The notes beneath the pieces were generated by a model. It saw only the letters and a list, made by a program, of their open reading frames with translations. It made no database searches and had not been told where the DNA came from. A program made the position numbers and the translations under genes. From Octopus vulgaris (Eukaryota), in assembly GCA_951406725.2 (NCBI GenBank), contig OX597818.1, positions 76,818,001-76,882,000 on the forward strand: a stretch of 64,000 nucleotides of DNA. The letters are read 5' to 3'. Positions 27,405-40,142 of this stretch are shown one piece after another (position 1 is the first letter of the stretch; every line of letters begins with the position of its first letter).

Positions 27405-27795
27405 TTAACCTTTTTAATTCCAACCCACTTAAAAGCATGTTCCTGGTTTGATGATATAAAATTCCCCATTTTAAACTGATCTAAATTCAAACCTTCCATC
27501 AAAATTTCATGTTAATTTATATTCAAAACACCAGCATTATAAGGACAAAGTTATTTTACTAAATTCTTCATTACTTTCAAAATTAATTGAAAAAAAGCAG
27601 TAATATTTTAATAGAATATGGTAACAAAAGGGATTAAGTAATCTAGATTAAAATCTACTGGCAAAATTTCATTTTAATTTGTGTTCCAGTTTGATATGGA
27701 CAAAATTAGTCAGTGAAATTTTTCGTTCTTTTCAAAATTAACTGAGAAAAAAGCAGCATATTTTAATAGAAATATAGTAACAAAAGTGGTTAAAC
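27405..27795. mobile_element. Second TTAA-type MITE family with partial tandem duplication
   Basis: ttaacctttt start; ...tggtaacaaaagggattaa and a second ...agtaacaaaagtggttaa end; related partial copies at 7365-7520 and 60105-60270 in the opposite orientation. Confidence 0.55.
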
Positions 27796-28389
27796 CATAA
27801 AAATAAAAGTTGTTTTTAATATGTTGTCATCCCTTAGAAGTATCTTCTTCGAAAGAATGAAATGTTTTGTTGAGACCAGAATAGAAGAGGAGAGTTGGGG
27901 GACTACCCAGAAAGTTCTGTTGCATGAAAAACAAACAGTGAAGTTAGCTCTTAATGTAATGAGCTAAAAACTTCAATTAAAATTACACCTAGAGTTAAAT
28001 TACTCATTAAGATAATGGCTTAATAAAGCCATTAGCTTAATGAGTGATTCTAGTCAAGAAAGGCAAGGGAGACTATTGCAGCATTAAAACTAGTTAAAAT
28101 TAATATAGAATTCTGTGTTGGGGTAACAGTGACTGCAAATATATTGCTTGGATTCTCAGATGAAATTTTTTTTTTCTTTTTTACCTTAGAAAAGGTCACT
28201 TGTACTCATGAAGAAGGCATGATGATCACAGCTGTGCATTTTATGTACCCAGTGTAATCTATGGACGCACAAAAGGTGAAGTGGGATCACAAGCAGGCTA
28301 ATATAGAAGATAACCTCTCTTTTCTTTAGCTTTATTGGGAATGTGTCATAAAGCTATTAAGTATTTTTCCGAATTGACCGTTGCAGTGA

Positions 28390-29790
28390 CGGATTGGCAG
28401 AACTGTTGGAGCACTGAACAAAATGCTTGGTAGCATTTCTTCCAGCTCTTTACATTCTGAGTTCAAATCCTGCCATGGTCAACTTTATTTTTCATCCTTC
28501 TGAGATTGATAAAGAACCAATCAAGTACTGTGGCTGATGGTATCAACTAACACAATTCCCCTCAAAATTGATGGCCCAGTGCCTAAATCAGAGCCCATCA
28601 TTATTATTATTATTATAATAGCAGGGAGCTGGCAGAGTCATTAGTATGCTGGGCAAAATACTTAGCAGCATTTTGTCCGTCTACACATTCTGAGTTCAAA
28701 TTCCACAATGTTCAACTTTGCCTTTCATCGTTTAGGGGTTGATATGAATAAGTAACTGTTGAATAAGTAAGGTGGCGAGCTGGCAGAAACGTTAGCATGC
28801 CGGGTAAAATGCTAAGCGGTATTTCGTCTGTCTTTACATTCTGAGTTCGAATTCCACCGAGGTCGACTTTGCCTTTCATCCTTTCGGGGTCGATTAAATA
28901 AGTACCAAAAATGCACTGGGGTCGATGTAATAGACTTAATCCTTTTGTCTGTCCTTGTTTGGCCCCTCTATGTTTAGCCCTTTGTGAGCAACAAAGAAAT
29001 AAGGATAAGTAACTGTTGAGCACTGAGGTCAATGTAACCGACTTAGCCCCTTCCCTGTTACTGCTGGCCTTGTATCTAAATTAGAAACTACTATTGTAAT
29101 ATTTTTATTATTATTATTATCATAGTTATTATATATAAAGGCAGTGAGCTGGCAGAAGTGTTAGCATGCTGGATGAAATGCTTAGCTATATTTCACTCAT
29201 CACTACCTTCTGAGTTCAAATCGCACTGAGGTCGACTTTGCCTTTCTTCCTTTTGGGGTCAATGTAATCAACTAGTCCCCACCCTTCAAATTTCAGGCCT
29301 TGTGCTTATAGTAAAAACGACAAAATACTTTATAGTGTTGGACACAAAATACTTTTTCAGTATTTATTCCAGATCTTTCTGTTCTGAGTTCAAATCCTGC
29401 CAGGATCAATAAGCTAAAGTACTAGTCACATACTAGATCAATATAATCAACATTCTCCCTACCATAAAATTTCTGGCCTTGGACTTAGATTAGAAGCAAT
29501 TATTATTTTTGCTGTTGTTATTGCGATTGTTTACTTTGAAGAACAGTGGATTAGCAGAACAAATGGAGCACTGAAAACCATGTCTTGTGTTGTTTACTTC
29601 CATCTCTCTACATTCAGATCTCAAATTCCAGCAATGTCATATTTACCTTTTAAATTTTAAAGGTCAATAAAATAATTTACCTGTCAGATATTGGGATCAA
29701 TATGTTATTATACCACCCACCCCACTCACACACATATACATGCAGACATTGTGGCCTTGTGTCTCTTTTAGAATTATTATTATTATTATT
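28390..29790 (+). mobile_element. Head-to-tail cluster of about 6 family-2 SINEs (Meta-domain-like core)
   Basis: Repeated gagctggcagaa...ttctgagttcaaat...gactttgcctttcatcctttcggggtcgat...aagtacc, with (att)n tails. The core resembles the MetaSINE/Sauria central domain (from recall). Single copies near 2590-2760(-), 38290-38450(+), 44810-45200(-), 50615-50810(-). Confidence 0.8.
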
Positions 29791-30119
29791 ATTTTAGGCT
29801 GTGACTGTACAATTTCTCAATAATTACATTGTCGTTTAATTTGGTAAATTGCTGTTGTGTTCAAATGCTGCCGATGTTAAATACACCATATATCCCTTAC
29901 ATCTGGGCCAATATAGTAGGTACCAGTAAGATACTGGGTTCAAATCCATGGATTGTATTTTTTTTTCTCTATGAAAATTTGTTTTATTCTTGTGTAAGAA
30001 ATATTTGCCATTATCTTCACGATTCAACACTGAAAGAATCAGGGTATTTTCGTAAGTTAAATCAATAAATGATAAGTTATGCCAATATAAAATCTGTGGT
30101 TGTGAATTGATAAATTTAT

Positions 30120-31150
30120 TGTATGCTTTGTTGACTAAACTGTCAAAATATGTTCACTGTTAATGAAACCATCAACTGTCAATGTGTTCATTGTTAACTA
30201 AAGTATACAATACACCATGTTTACTGTTGACTAAACTTAATATGTCATGTTCACCATTAACTAAACTGTCAATATATCATGTTCATAGTTAAACTGTCAA
30301 TATATTGTGTTCATTGTTGACTAAAGTGTCAATATACCATGCTAACTGTTGACTAAGCTTTCAATATACTATGTTCATTAGCTAAACTGTTACTCTATGA
30401 AATGTTTAAATAAATTTTCAATATATTCTTTTACATTGACAAAACTGTGAACATATGTTTTCTGTTTGCTAAATGTCATTAAATATGTTAATTAACTAAA
30501 CTGTCAATATCTGCTCATTGCCAATATATCGTCTTCATTGTTGACTAAATGTTAGTATATGAAATGTTTAAGTAAATTCTCAATATATGTTATATTGATA
30601 TCAACTACACTGTCAACATATTGTGAGTTGTATGGATTACGCTGTCAGCTTATCTTGTATTATATTGACTATACTGTCAACACATTGTGTGTTATATTGA
30701 CTATGCTGTCAACATGTGTTATATTGTCTAAACCTATTGTATGTTATATTGACTAAATTGTAAATATCTTATATTGACTATACTGTCAACATATGGTATG
30801 TTATTGACTCTGCTGTCAACCTGTGTTATATTGTCTAAACTGTCAACATATGGTGGACTGTATTGACTAAACTGTCAACATATGTGTTATATTGATGATG
30901 GTGTCAACATATTGTATGTTATATTGACTAAACTGTAAACTTGTCTTATGTTGACTAAACTATCAACATATAGTGTTTCATTGACTATATTGTCAACACA
31001 TTTTATATTGACTAAATTGAATATTTTTAAATGAATTGTTAATATATCATGTTTTGTATGTGTAACTTGTGCTTTGTTGACTGAACTGTTTGGTTTTTAT
31101 GGGGGTTGGGGTAGATCAAACTAATATATAGTTTAACTGACTAAATTGTT
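30120..31150. repeat. Degenerate ~32-bp minisatellite with palindromic core ttgactaaactgtcaa
   Basis: Core recurs more than 20 times with variable spacing. Confidence 0.85.
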
Positions 31151-33260
31151 TATATATATTTTTTACATTATATATTAATGTAAGATCTTGTATATTTTTG
31201 TTGTCAATCTTCCTTCAGATTCTCAAACTTCATGTTTACATTAAAGTGAAAAAATGATAACAATAATAATAATTATAATGATATATATCATAGTTTATCA
31301 AACAGGAGGTGGTATGTATTAAGAATTTGATAAGACATAAGAATAAAGAGTCATGCAAACACACACACACATGTGTGTGTGTATGTGTTATCTTTCATGT
31401 TTATGTAACATCACTTAAAGATTTCCATCTTCAGGTAGTGCATTGAAAAAAAGTTGGCCCACCTTTATGGGAAGATTCAAACTAGGCTTTACAAAATAAT
31501 AAAACTGCAATAATACGGAATCCATGCGATGAATTATACTTCACTATAGTAACTATTTTATAGTTAAGTGCACTGGACCATTGAGAATCATTCTCTTTTC
31601 AGAAACACACAACAGAGCTGGTGATAAAATAGAAACTATTACCTCCTTACCAAGTTGACCAATATTGTATTAGACAACTGTGATACTTTATATACAAACA
31701 TACGCATACCAACTTTGGATACAAACATAAAACTAGACCAACTGATAATATTCCATTATGTTAAACCAGATATTTCTGTTGAAATGTATCCCTGTTTTGT
31801 TGGAGTATAACTGTCTTTTGCTAAAATATACCTATATTCTGTTGAATTGCATTTCTGTTAAGTTGAAATACACCCTTGTTTTGTTTTTAAAAAAAAATAC
31901 CATTTTTTTGTTGCAATTTGTTCGTAGCTTATTCAAATCTGTTCCTAATCTATTGAAACATGTCTAACCTATTCATGTCTCAAAAGAGGAAGTGTTAGTA
32001 ATTTTGGCAAAGAAAGAACATTTGAATTACATTAAAGGACCATTTCCTCACATTTTAGTGATGCTAATATTTTAAGAAGTATATATTTTATTGTTCATTT
32101 CCTAACTACTCTTAATTACTGCTCTGCATACAACCCCCATATATTTTGTCAAACCAGTTGTGACAATGTGCTTATATTTTGTGGAGAATTTTAATTTCTA
32201 AACAATGATTTATAGGACAGTTTACACTCCACATTCCATATAATGATTGTGTAGCCTTGGTCAACCCTACTCAAGCAGGTGGTCCATATTTGGTGGAACT
32301 ATTTTCACTTGTGGTCTAACTTCTGTAGGATATAATTGATCAGTGAACTCCATTTTGGGTAACGTTTTTGTTTTATTAATGGTCAAAATTAAATGGAACA
32401 GAGTTTACTACAAATTAACTGTATATCAATTTTTCTTATTGTTGATCCACATGGTTTATTTTCATTTCATGCTTTATGTGACGATGTTAATAAGTGATCT
32501 CTGTTATGTCATATGACTTTCAACAAACTGAATTATTCCTGCTTTTAATTAGTGAAAACAATTAATTTTTTTAGAGTGTGGGAAGTTGTTTATTCAAGTG
32601 TTTATTTAATAACAATATCCTCTCTTTTTTGCATTTGGTTAACAGTTTTTTGTTTTGTTTTGTTTTTTGGAGTTTTTTTCTAACATAAAAATGAAACAAA
32701 TTGAATCTAATGTTTATCATTCTCTCTTGCCAAAATGTTTTTTTCAGTCTGGGTCGAAGTTGATCTTGTAGAGAGACCACCATCAAAATTTTTACAAAAA
32801 GATGTGGTTTTTGAGCCACCAACAAAACCCTTGAATATTTTTTGTGACCAATAATTTTAACTTCTAAATGTAAACTAAAAGTGTCAGCAACAGTGAGTTC
32901 CTCATCTCACTGGCTGCCAACAAAACAGAGCTTACCAAGGCTTATAGTTTTATAAATGGTTTTCTTGTTGTTTCTAATACATCTCTTGTGGTAACTAGCC
33001 ACTCCATTCTCATAGAAATTGCTCTTCTGGAAAGGTTGCCACTCATGTACATGCTCAATACATGCTCATAGCATATGTATATATATATATATATATAAAC
33101 AGTATTTGTAATGACATGCTTTTAGTATGTATATATAAATAATTCCCCTAACATGCTCATACTATGTATGTGTGTGCATATCTGTATATATATAAAAACA
33201 TATAAATATTAATATATATATGTATATATAAACATAAATGGTAATATAAATATATAAATC

Positions 33261-33317
<57 letters not shown>

Positions 33318-33689
33318 GATACCATACGTTGTCTTAGTCTCAGACATGTTTTTTTGTTTTTCTCAGTTGTAAAATATGCAACTGAACCAACCATTATTTC
33401 CTGATGATTTACCGATATTGTTTTTAAAAAATGGAAGCTGTTTGATATGAATATATAATAGTTGAACACACAGTTAGTGTGTGATTTAGTATTAATGCAA
33501 ACACACCTCTGCAAAGTTACCTATTTTGAAGACTTTCTACAATAACCCTTGATACATGCTTTTAGTAGTATGTATATGTGTGTATATATTTATATATATA
33601 TACATAGTATTTATACTGACTTCCTGGTCATGTTTATAGAAATGCTTTTAACCTTCTATATATAAATGTTTGTTATTATTGAAATAACA

Positions 33690-33872
33690 AACTGTAGTTA
33701 TGATACTGGCAATTAGTTTGATGTGAATAAATTTTAAGCAGCGCAGTTGACACTGACTATTTTAGTGGCACCTCAGAGCTGTATATATATATATACATAC
33801 ACACACACATATATATATATATATACACATACATATATATATATATATACACATACATATATATATATATAT

Positions 33873-33919
<47 letters not shown>

Positions 33920-33964
33920 TAAGTAAGTAGCTAGAAGCTACATTAATAGCACATCACAGGTATG

Positions 33965-33996
<32 letters not shown>

Positions 33997-34300
33997 TATA
34001 AGTAGCTAATAGCTGTATTAGTTTCACACCTTGAATATCATAGTAACACATCATAGCTGTGTGTGTGTGTGTGTGTATGTATGTGTGTGTATATATGTAT
34101 ATAAAAATAGTTGGTAGCTACATTAGGTTTGACACTGTGAATGATGTAGTAACACCCTTCTTAGCTGTATATATTAAGTAGCTAGTTTAGATGACTGTCA
34201 AAATATAGCATCACCTTGTTGTATATAAGTAACTATTGCCAGATTATTTGACATCGTGAATAATCCAGCGACATTATATAGATTATGTGTGTATATAAGC
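33690..34300. repeat. Degenerate tandem repeat with embedded TA/CA microsatellites
   Basis: agtagcta..agctacattagtttgacac..gaatat..tagtaacac...agctgt recurs about 6 times, separated by microsatellite of variable length. Confidence 0.65.
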
Positions 34301-35603
34301 TAATATAGATCATGTATGTATGTATCAGTATATATATATATGTATATACATTATATATATATATTATCATTAAATGATGATGATATATATACATACATAT
34401 ATATGTATGTATGAGATATATATATATATGAAGTTAATAGTGAAGCTATAATGAAACTGCTTATTGTATAGCAGCTTCTTTCATTAAAATTTCTATTCTT
34501 AGCTTTAGATATTCATCTCATTAGTTGATCTGATCCCAAAATTTGTATGGAGATCTAGGGATCCTCTACTCTTTAGCTGATTGAAAAAAAATCTTTTTCT
34601 TGAAAAAACAACAAACTTGTAAACATTTTTCAAAGTTCTAATATTTAGTGTAAAGACAGCTGATTATTATTGTGGTCAATCCAGCAAAATGGTTCTATTA
34701 GAATCTCTTATATATATAAAAAAAAAAGAAAAACTGTATAATTGATTCTCTCAAGTAGATCCAGTCCTTCACAACCCAACATCATTACCCCTCTTTCATA
34801 TAAATCCCTAACTGTCTGAACTACATTTTTTTCTATCTCAAATCACAAATCAAAGCTGTATTTCCATATGAATCCATTCTGTTAGAATCCAAGAATGCGT
34901 GTCCATTACGGATCCTGTTTTTTTTAAATATTTTCTTGAGAGAGAGTTCAATTTGATGAACTCTAAAACTGCTGCTCTACATAGTTTGTCGTAGTTTAGT
35001 TGTTAGTCATAGTTACATAGTCACACGGCAATAGATTAAAATTCAGCCATCTGAAATGCTTGACCTCAGGTCATTCTTCTCCAGATTTTAGTGAATATAT
35101 ATACACACAAAACAATTGAAAGCTCTAAATATCTTCATTTCCTTGCCTTCTGTCCTCTTTTACAAACATCGAATATCTTCTCTACATTGCAGTTCTACTC
35201 TTTTTCGTTTTTTTAAGTTTTAGTTTTCAGTTATCTTTCTGATAAATTTTTTTTTTAATTCAAAATTTAGGCTTTCATAATTAAGCGCCTTGTGTACTTT
35301 ATCACAGACTGTGGGTCTGTGGGTGCTGGTGTGTACACACATTGTGTACTGAGGTGCTGGCTGTACACACAATGCAGTAATATAGAACAGGTTATAGAGG
35401 TGCTGGTACATGCACACAAACATACACTGTAGTAATATATAGAACAGATTTTAGAGGTGGTAGTACAGATACACAAACATAAGGAGTAATTTAGCTCAAA
35501 CTGAAACTGACTCAGTATGTAACAACTTGTCCAACCCATTCCAGCATGGAAAAGAGAAAAATATGATGATGATATAGATGTACTGATGCATGCATGTGCA
35601 CAG

Positions 35604-35634
<31 letters not shown>

Positions 35635-35640
35635 AGATAT

Positions 35641-35864
35641 TTAACCCTTTAGTATTGAAACCAGTTATGTCTGGCCTAAATATTCTGCCTGTTTTATGTT
35701 CAAACTGATTAGATCAGACGTCTCACACCTACCTACAATGTTATTCTAAAAATAAACTTTTACATTGAAATCTCAAAGCTACAAGATAATGTATGATAAA
35801 TTCAAAATAACTTGAGTAAATCAGTATTACATTTGACAGAGTAATCTGAATGCTAAAGGGTTAG
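35641..35864. mobile_element. TTAA-flanked piggyBac-type MITE (~220 bp)
   Basis: ttaa-ccctttag...ctaaaggg-ttag; homologous copies at ~9972-10200, 37837-38093 and 46590-46812. Confidence 0.78.
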
Positions 35865-36274
35865 TTTTAACAAATCTTAGTCTTCCATAGGTTAAAACTA
35901 TGAAAACAAGACAAACAAAACAGTAAGCAATATCTTGACCAATGTCCAGCTTCCTCTTTGGCTGCAGTTACTTGCTACTCCTGTCTCTGAGTTGAGATGG
36001 TTATTGACAGTAGTCTGTTCAAAGATATAACTGCCACCCACTCCTTCCTATTATGTCACAAAACTGGATTTTTCTCTTTGATAGAAAAGTAAAACATAGT
36101 GTTACTTTGTGAACACCACTCTCTCGTCTTCTGGTCGGTGACTCTGGAACATGCAAGACCCCTCGCCACAACAAGGCCACACCCAGGAGATTGGCTCTAC
36201 ATATGATGACATCTTTGGGATCTCTAACCTGGATGACCCCAGCCCCATCAAGCAAAAGCATGAAACAAGCCCTC

Positions 36275-36690
36275 CCCCAGTAAGATATAGAATTGTATTG
36301 CCTCTCTCCCCCTCCCAATAAAATGTAGATCTATATTCTCCTACATCTTGTAAAATGTTGGGTTATATTCATTCCCAATAAAACAGAATTATCTGATCTT
36401 CTCTTCAGTAAAATATGGACCTATGTATTCCCTGTCCCTAGTAAAATGTAGGGATATGTATTGCTCATTCCCTGAGTAAAATTTAAGCTTATAACCACCA
36501 CCCCACGAGTTATATTTTACCTCACCCCTTCTAAAATATAGGGCTATTATATATTCCCTTCCCTCCAGTTAAATGTACAGCAATATATTCTCTCTCCCTC
36601 TCCTTCCCCCAGTTAAACATACGGTTATATACTCACCACTGCAGTAAAATATACATCTATGATATAATCCTCCTCTCTTCCTCCCTCCAA
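36275..36690. repeat. Degenerate ~30-35-bp minisatellite
   Basis: Unit approximately ccccagtaaaatatagggttatattctctc. Confidence 0.7.
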
Positions 36691-38947
36691 CAATATCTAA
36701 ATTGTCCATATTGACTTACTGGATTTCTCTGCAATATCCTTGGTATTAGGATTGTTTGCTACAATACATCTTCATATCATATCTTGGTTTAGCTAACGTG
36801 TATGTGTGTGTGTCATCATCATTTGATGTCTGTCTTAGATGCTGGTAAAGGATAAGTGGTTTTGTTGACAGGATCCAACAAGCTGGAGGATTGTGTCAAG
36901 CTACAAAATCTGCATTGGCATGGTTTCTATGGCTGAATGCCTTTTCTGTCCCAACCACTTTACAGAGTGTATTGGGAACTTTTTACATGACACCAACACT
37001 AGTGGGGTTGCCAGGTAACTCATATCACTAAGTAAAAAGATCTCCTTCACTAATTGGGATTGTAGTGGAGAGGGAGGTTTCTTCACATATGTATACAGAT
37101 AGAGTAGCCACATCCAATCCATGCAAATCATTTTAAAAAATGGACATAAAGCAATGAGGGTAGATAAATACACATAAGTGTCTACCCAAATTTTAGAAAA
37201 GGTTTCCTCGCTGACCAGAACTACTTTATTATAAACCTTAGCTCTACAAAACATCTGAGATTTAATCAAGAAACTGTAACCTGTCTATAAAATTCTAAAC
37301 TTATCTGAGGTGCAGATTATATTGTCTGTTCTAGGATTCCATAAGGTGAGAGAGAGAGATTTGGAAGATTAAGAACCAGATGATTGTTGAGTATTAATCA
37401 AAGAATAAGAGGACAGTTTAGTATAAAACAGCAGTGGAACATCTCTTTGATCTCAGCGCCTGAGCCAATATTCAAATGAACATACACGCACACATACAGA
37501 TACGCATACAGAGATACATATACTTTGATTAACACAACATGCTAAGATACTTTGTTGTTCTGTTTCTTTTCATGAAGAATTTACCAATTTATATGAAAAT
37601 ATTTTTGTATGGGAATATTTTTTTGTTTGAATCCAGGTGAAATATTTGAAATATTGGATGAAGATGTGTGCCAAGGGCTAGCTTTGCATTAAAAAACCTT
37701 ATTTCTACTTTTGATACAGCCTTAGATGAAATTCATTATTCAGAAAATAAAAATCCTGTACATTCTCTATCAAGTTTTCAAAATTTTTTATTTAATTCTT
37801 TTTTTTTTTTTTTATGAAAAAATCAGTGAAAACATTTTAACCCTTTAGCATTCAAATCAGCAATATTCAGCCAAAATATTTAACCTGTTTTTATGTTGAA
37901 AGTAACCAGATCTGGTCTCTCACTTCAAACTTACAGTGCCATTCTAAAACTAAACAATCACATCATTGAAATCTCTAAACAAGATAATGCATGATTAATT
38001 CAAAACAATCGTTAAACGATGATGATGATGATGATGAATATAAATAAACAAACATCACATTTGACAGAATAATCTGAATACTTAAAGGGTTAAAAATAAG
38101 AAAAATTACACTGTTTTTTTTTGTTTTTTTTTTCGTTTTCTTTTTGTACTTGTTAATGTCATGAAGTTGTTCATTCTAAATTCTAGGAGGATCAAATCAA
38201 ACTATATTTTTGCCACTACATCTAAATCTTTGCTTTGGTTAATTTCTCTCTCCATATCGATAATATCAATCATTGATATAAAATCACCAATAAAGGTGGT
38301 GAACTGGCGAAATTGTTTGCACACCAAGTAAATTGCTTAGCATCATTTCGTGCATATCTGTGTTCTGAACTCAAATTCTACCGTGGTCAACTTTTCCTTT
38401 CATCTTTTTGTGGTCGATAAAATAAGTAGCAGTTGAGCACCAAAATTCGAAACCAAATTATTGGTGATTTTAACTCGCCAATAATTTAGTACAGCTAGGT
38501 AACCGCTCACTGAAACAACTGATTTATTACTACAAACAAAAAAATGGCAAGTAAAGAATTTTTGTTTTTCCAGAAATCATCTACTTTGTATGTGTGTGAT
38601 CACGAGTGACTAATTACCTGTTTACTCTTCTGTGACAAATAACAAAAAATTCTTCACGTATTGAATTGCACTCGGTTTACAAAAGACATTTTCACTTCTG
38701 AAGAAGATAAAGCAAAAATGCCCTAATTTTACATTTTCACAAAAGGTGGATAATTATGAAAATGGTGAAGGTGAGTGGAAGCGCTTGAAGCATGCATTTG
38801 TAGATGAAATTCTACTTGAAAGATTTTAGCAGAAAGGATGGAATGTCCTTTATTGACCTCATAAATAATGATAAAACTCAAACTCTAGGGAGACTGGAGA
38901 GTTTTGTGTCAGCAATAACGGTTTCTAAAAAAGCCCAGTTTGTAAAT

Positions 38948-40142
38948 CAGTGGTTCCCAAATGGGATCCATGTAAGACTTTTGGGGGTGCACGAGCAAAA
39001 TACTAAATTGGGGATTTACAGTAGTTCATTAATCCCTTAATGGATTATCCCAAATTTACTCGTGCATCGCAAATGTATCTTTGTAGAACTAGACAAGTAT
39101 ACTTGGTCAAAATTAACTTTTAGCACTCAAATGAGTTTGTTTTGTGTCGTTTCATTTTTGAGCAATCACGAATTTACTTGCGTTGTCGTACATCTGTCAG
39201 CACATATTCTGGTGCCATTTCAAGGAATTTATGCTTCTGAGTTTTGAACTTTTACTTCAGTGCATACTCAGATTCAGGAGGAGGTTGATGTCATTTTAGA
39301 ACCGTCTCCTTTTGAGTCTCTATTATTTATACAAATAAGAGAATTATTTACGCATTTTTTTTCTCAAAATGGATGAAGATTTAGATATATTCAGCGATCA
39401 CAAAAGTGATTTTTTTCATTTCACGATCTGGAAAGCTCTGGGGATGAATTAGACATGTGTAGTTCAGACTCTGACAATTTTTCAGAAGATGACAAAGAAG
39501 ATAATCAGATAGATGCACGTGCATGGCACGAAATCAATTGCTTGTCCGATTCAAAGAGAAAGCAGATACATGTGTGATGTCTGCGAGATAACTTTGTGTG
39601 TAACGCCTTGTTTTAAAAATTACCATTCTATATAAACTGTCTATCTTATTTATTTTTTAATTTTCCTTTGATTTAAAAATCTTTAAAAAATCGAAAATAG
39701 TTAAGTTATATGTATTTTTTCAATGTCCGAGATAACTCCTTTAAATCCAAATGAATAAAAGTACATTTTAATTTCTATAATAAAAAATAAAGGAAGCAAG
39801 ATAAAAAAAAAAACACCTTTTTTTGTAATTAGCACAGTGTATATGATTAAAAAAGAATATTAAAAAATATGCTCTGAAATGAAACGCCATGTCAAAATAA
39901 TTGATCCATTAAGGGTCCATGAAAAACTTTTGCTTTACATGTATTTATTGCAACAGCTAGGTTTCTTTCTCAAAATTTTATATAGTTCAACCAATACAAA
40001 TTAATGTATGAAAAACAAAATACGAATTTTAGAAGAAGCATCTATAAAACCAGTTTTAAAACGTCGAATGGCTATGTGAGGTCCACCAGAATAGAATAGT
40101 AATCAAAGGGTTCCATAGGCAAAAAATAGTTGAGAATCGATG
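38948..40142. mobile_element. hAT (Charlie-like) MITE interrupted by a piggyBac
   Basis: Ends cagtggttcccaa / ttgagaatcgatg; flanks ttgtaaat / gtgtaaac (degenerate 8-bp TSD). Another hAT-like MITE at ~43518-43821. Confidence 0.65.
39033..39915 (+). mobile_element. Internally deleted piggyBac transposon
   Basis: TTAA at 39029-39032; TIR cccttaatggat (39034-39045) / atccattaaggg (39904-39915); acidic N-terminal remnant from ATG 39369 and Cys-rich C-terminus RESRYMCDVCEITLCVTPCFKNYHSI* (39555-39635). Confidence 0.82.

Noticed and set aside
30120-31150. CRISPR-like appearance (palindromic repeats with spacers)
   Set aside because: Eukaryotic context; the spacers are related to each other, repeats are degenerate and there are no cas genes. 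It is a minisatellite.
38490-38940. Possible DNA-transposon remnant hosting the hAT MITE
   Set aside because: No clear TIRs or diagnostic transposase motif could be read.
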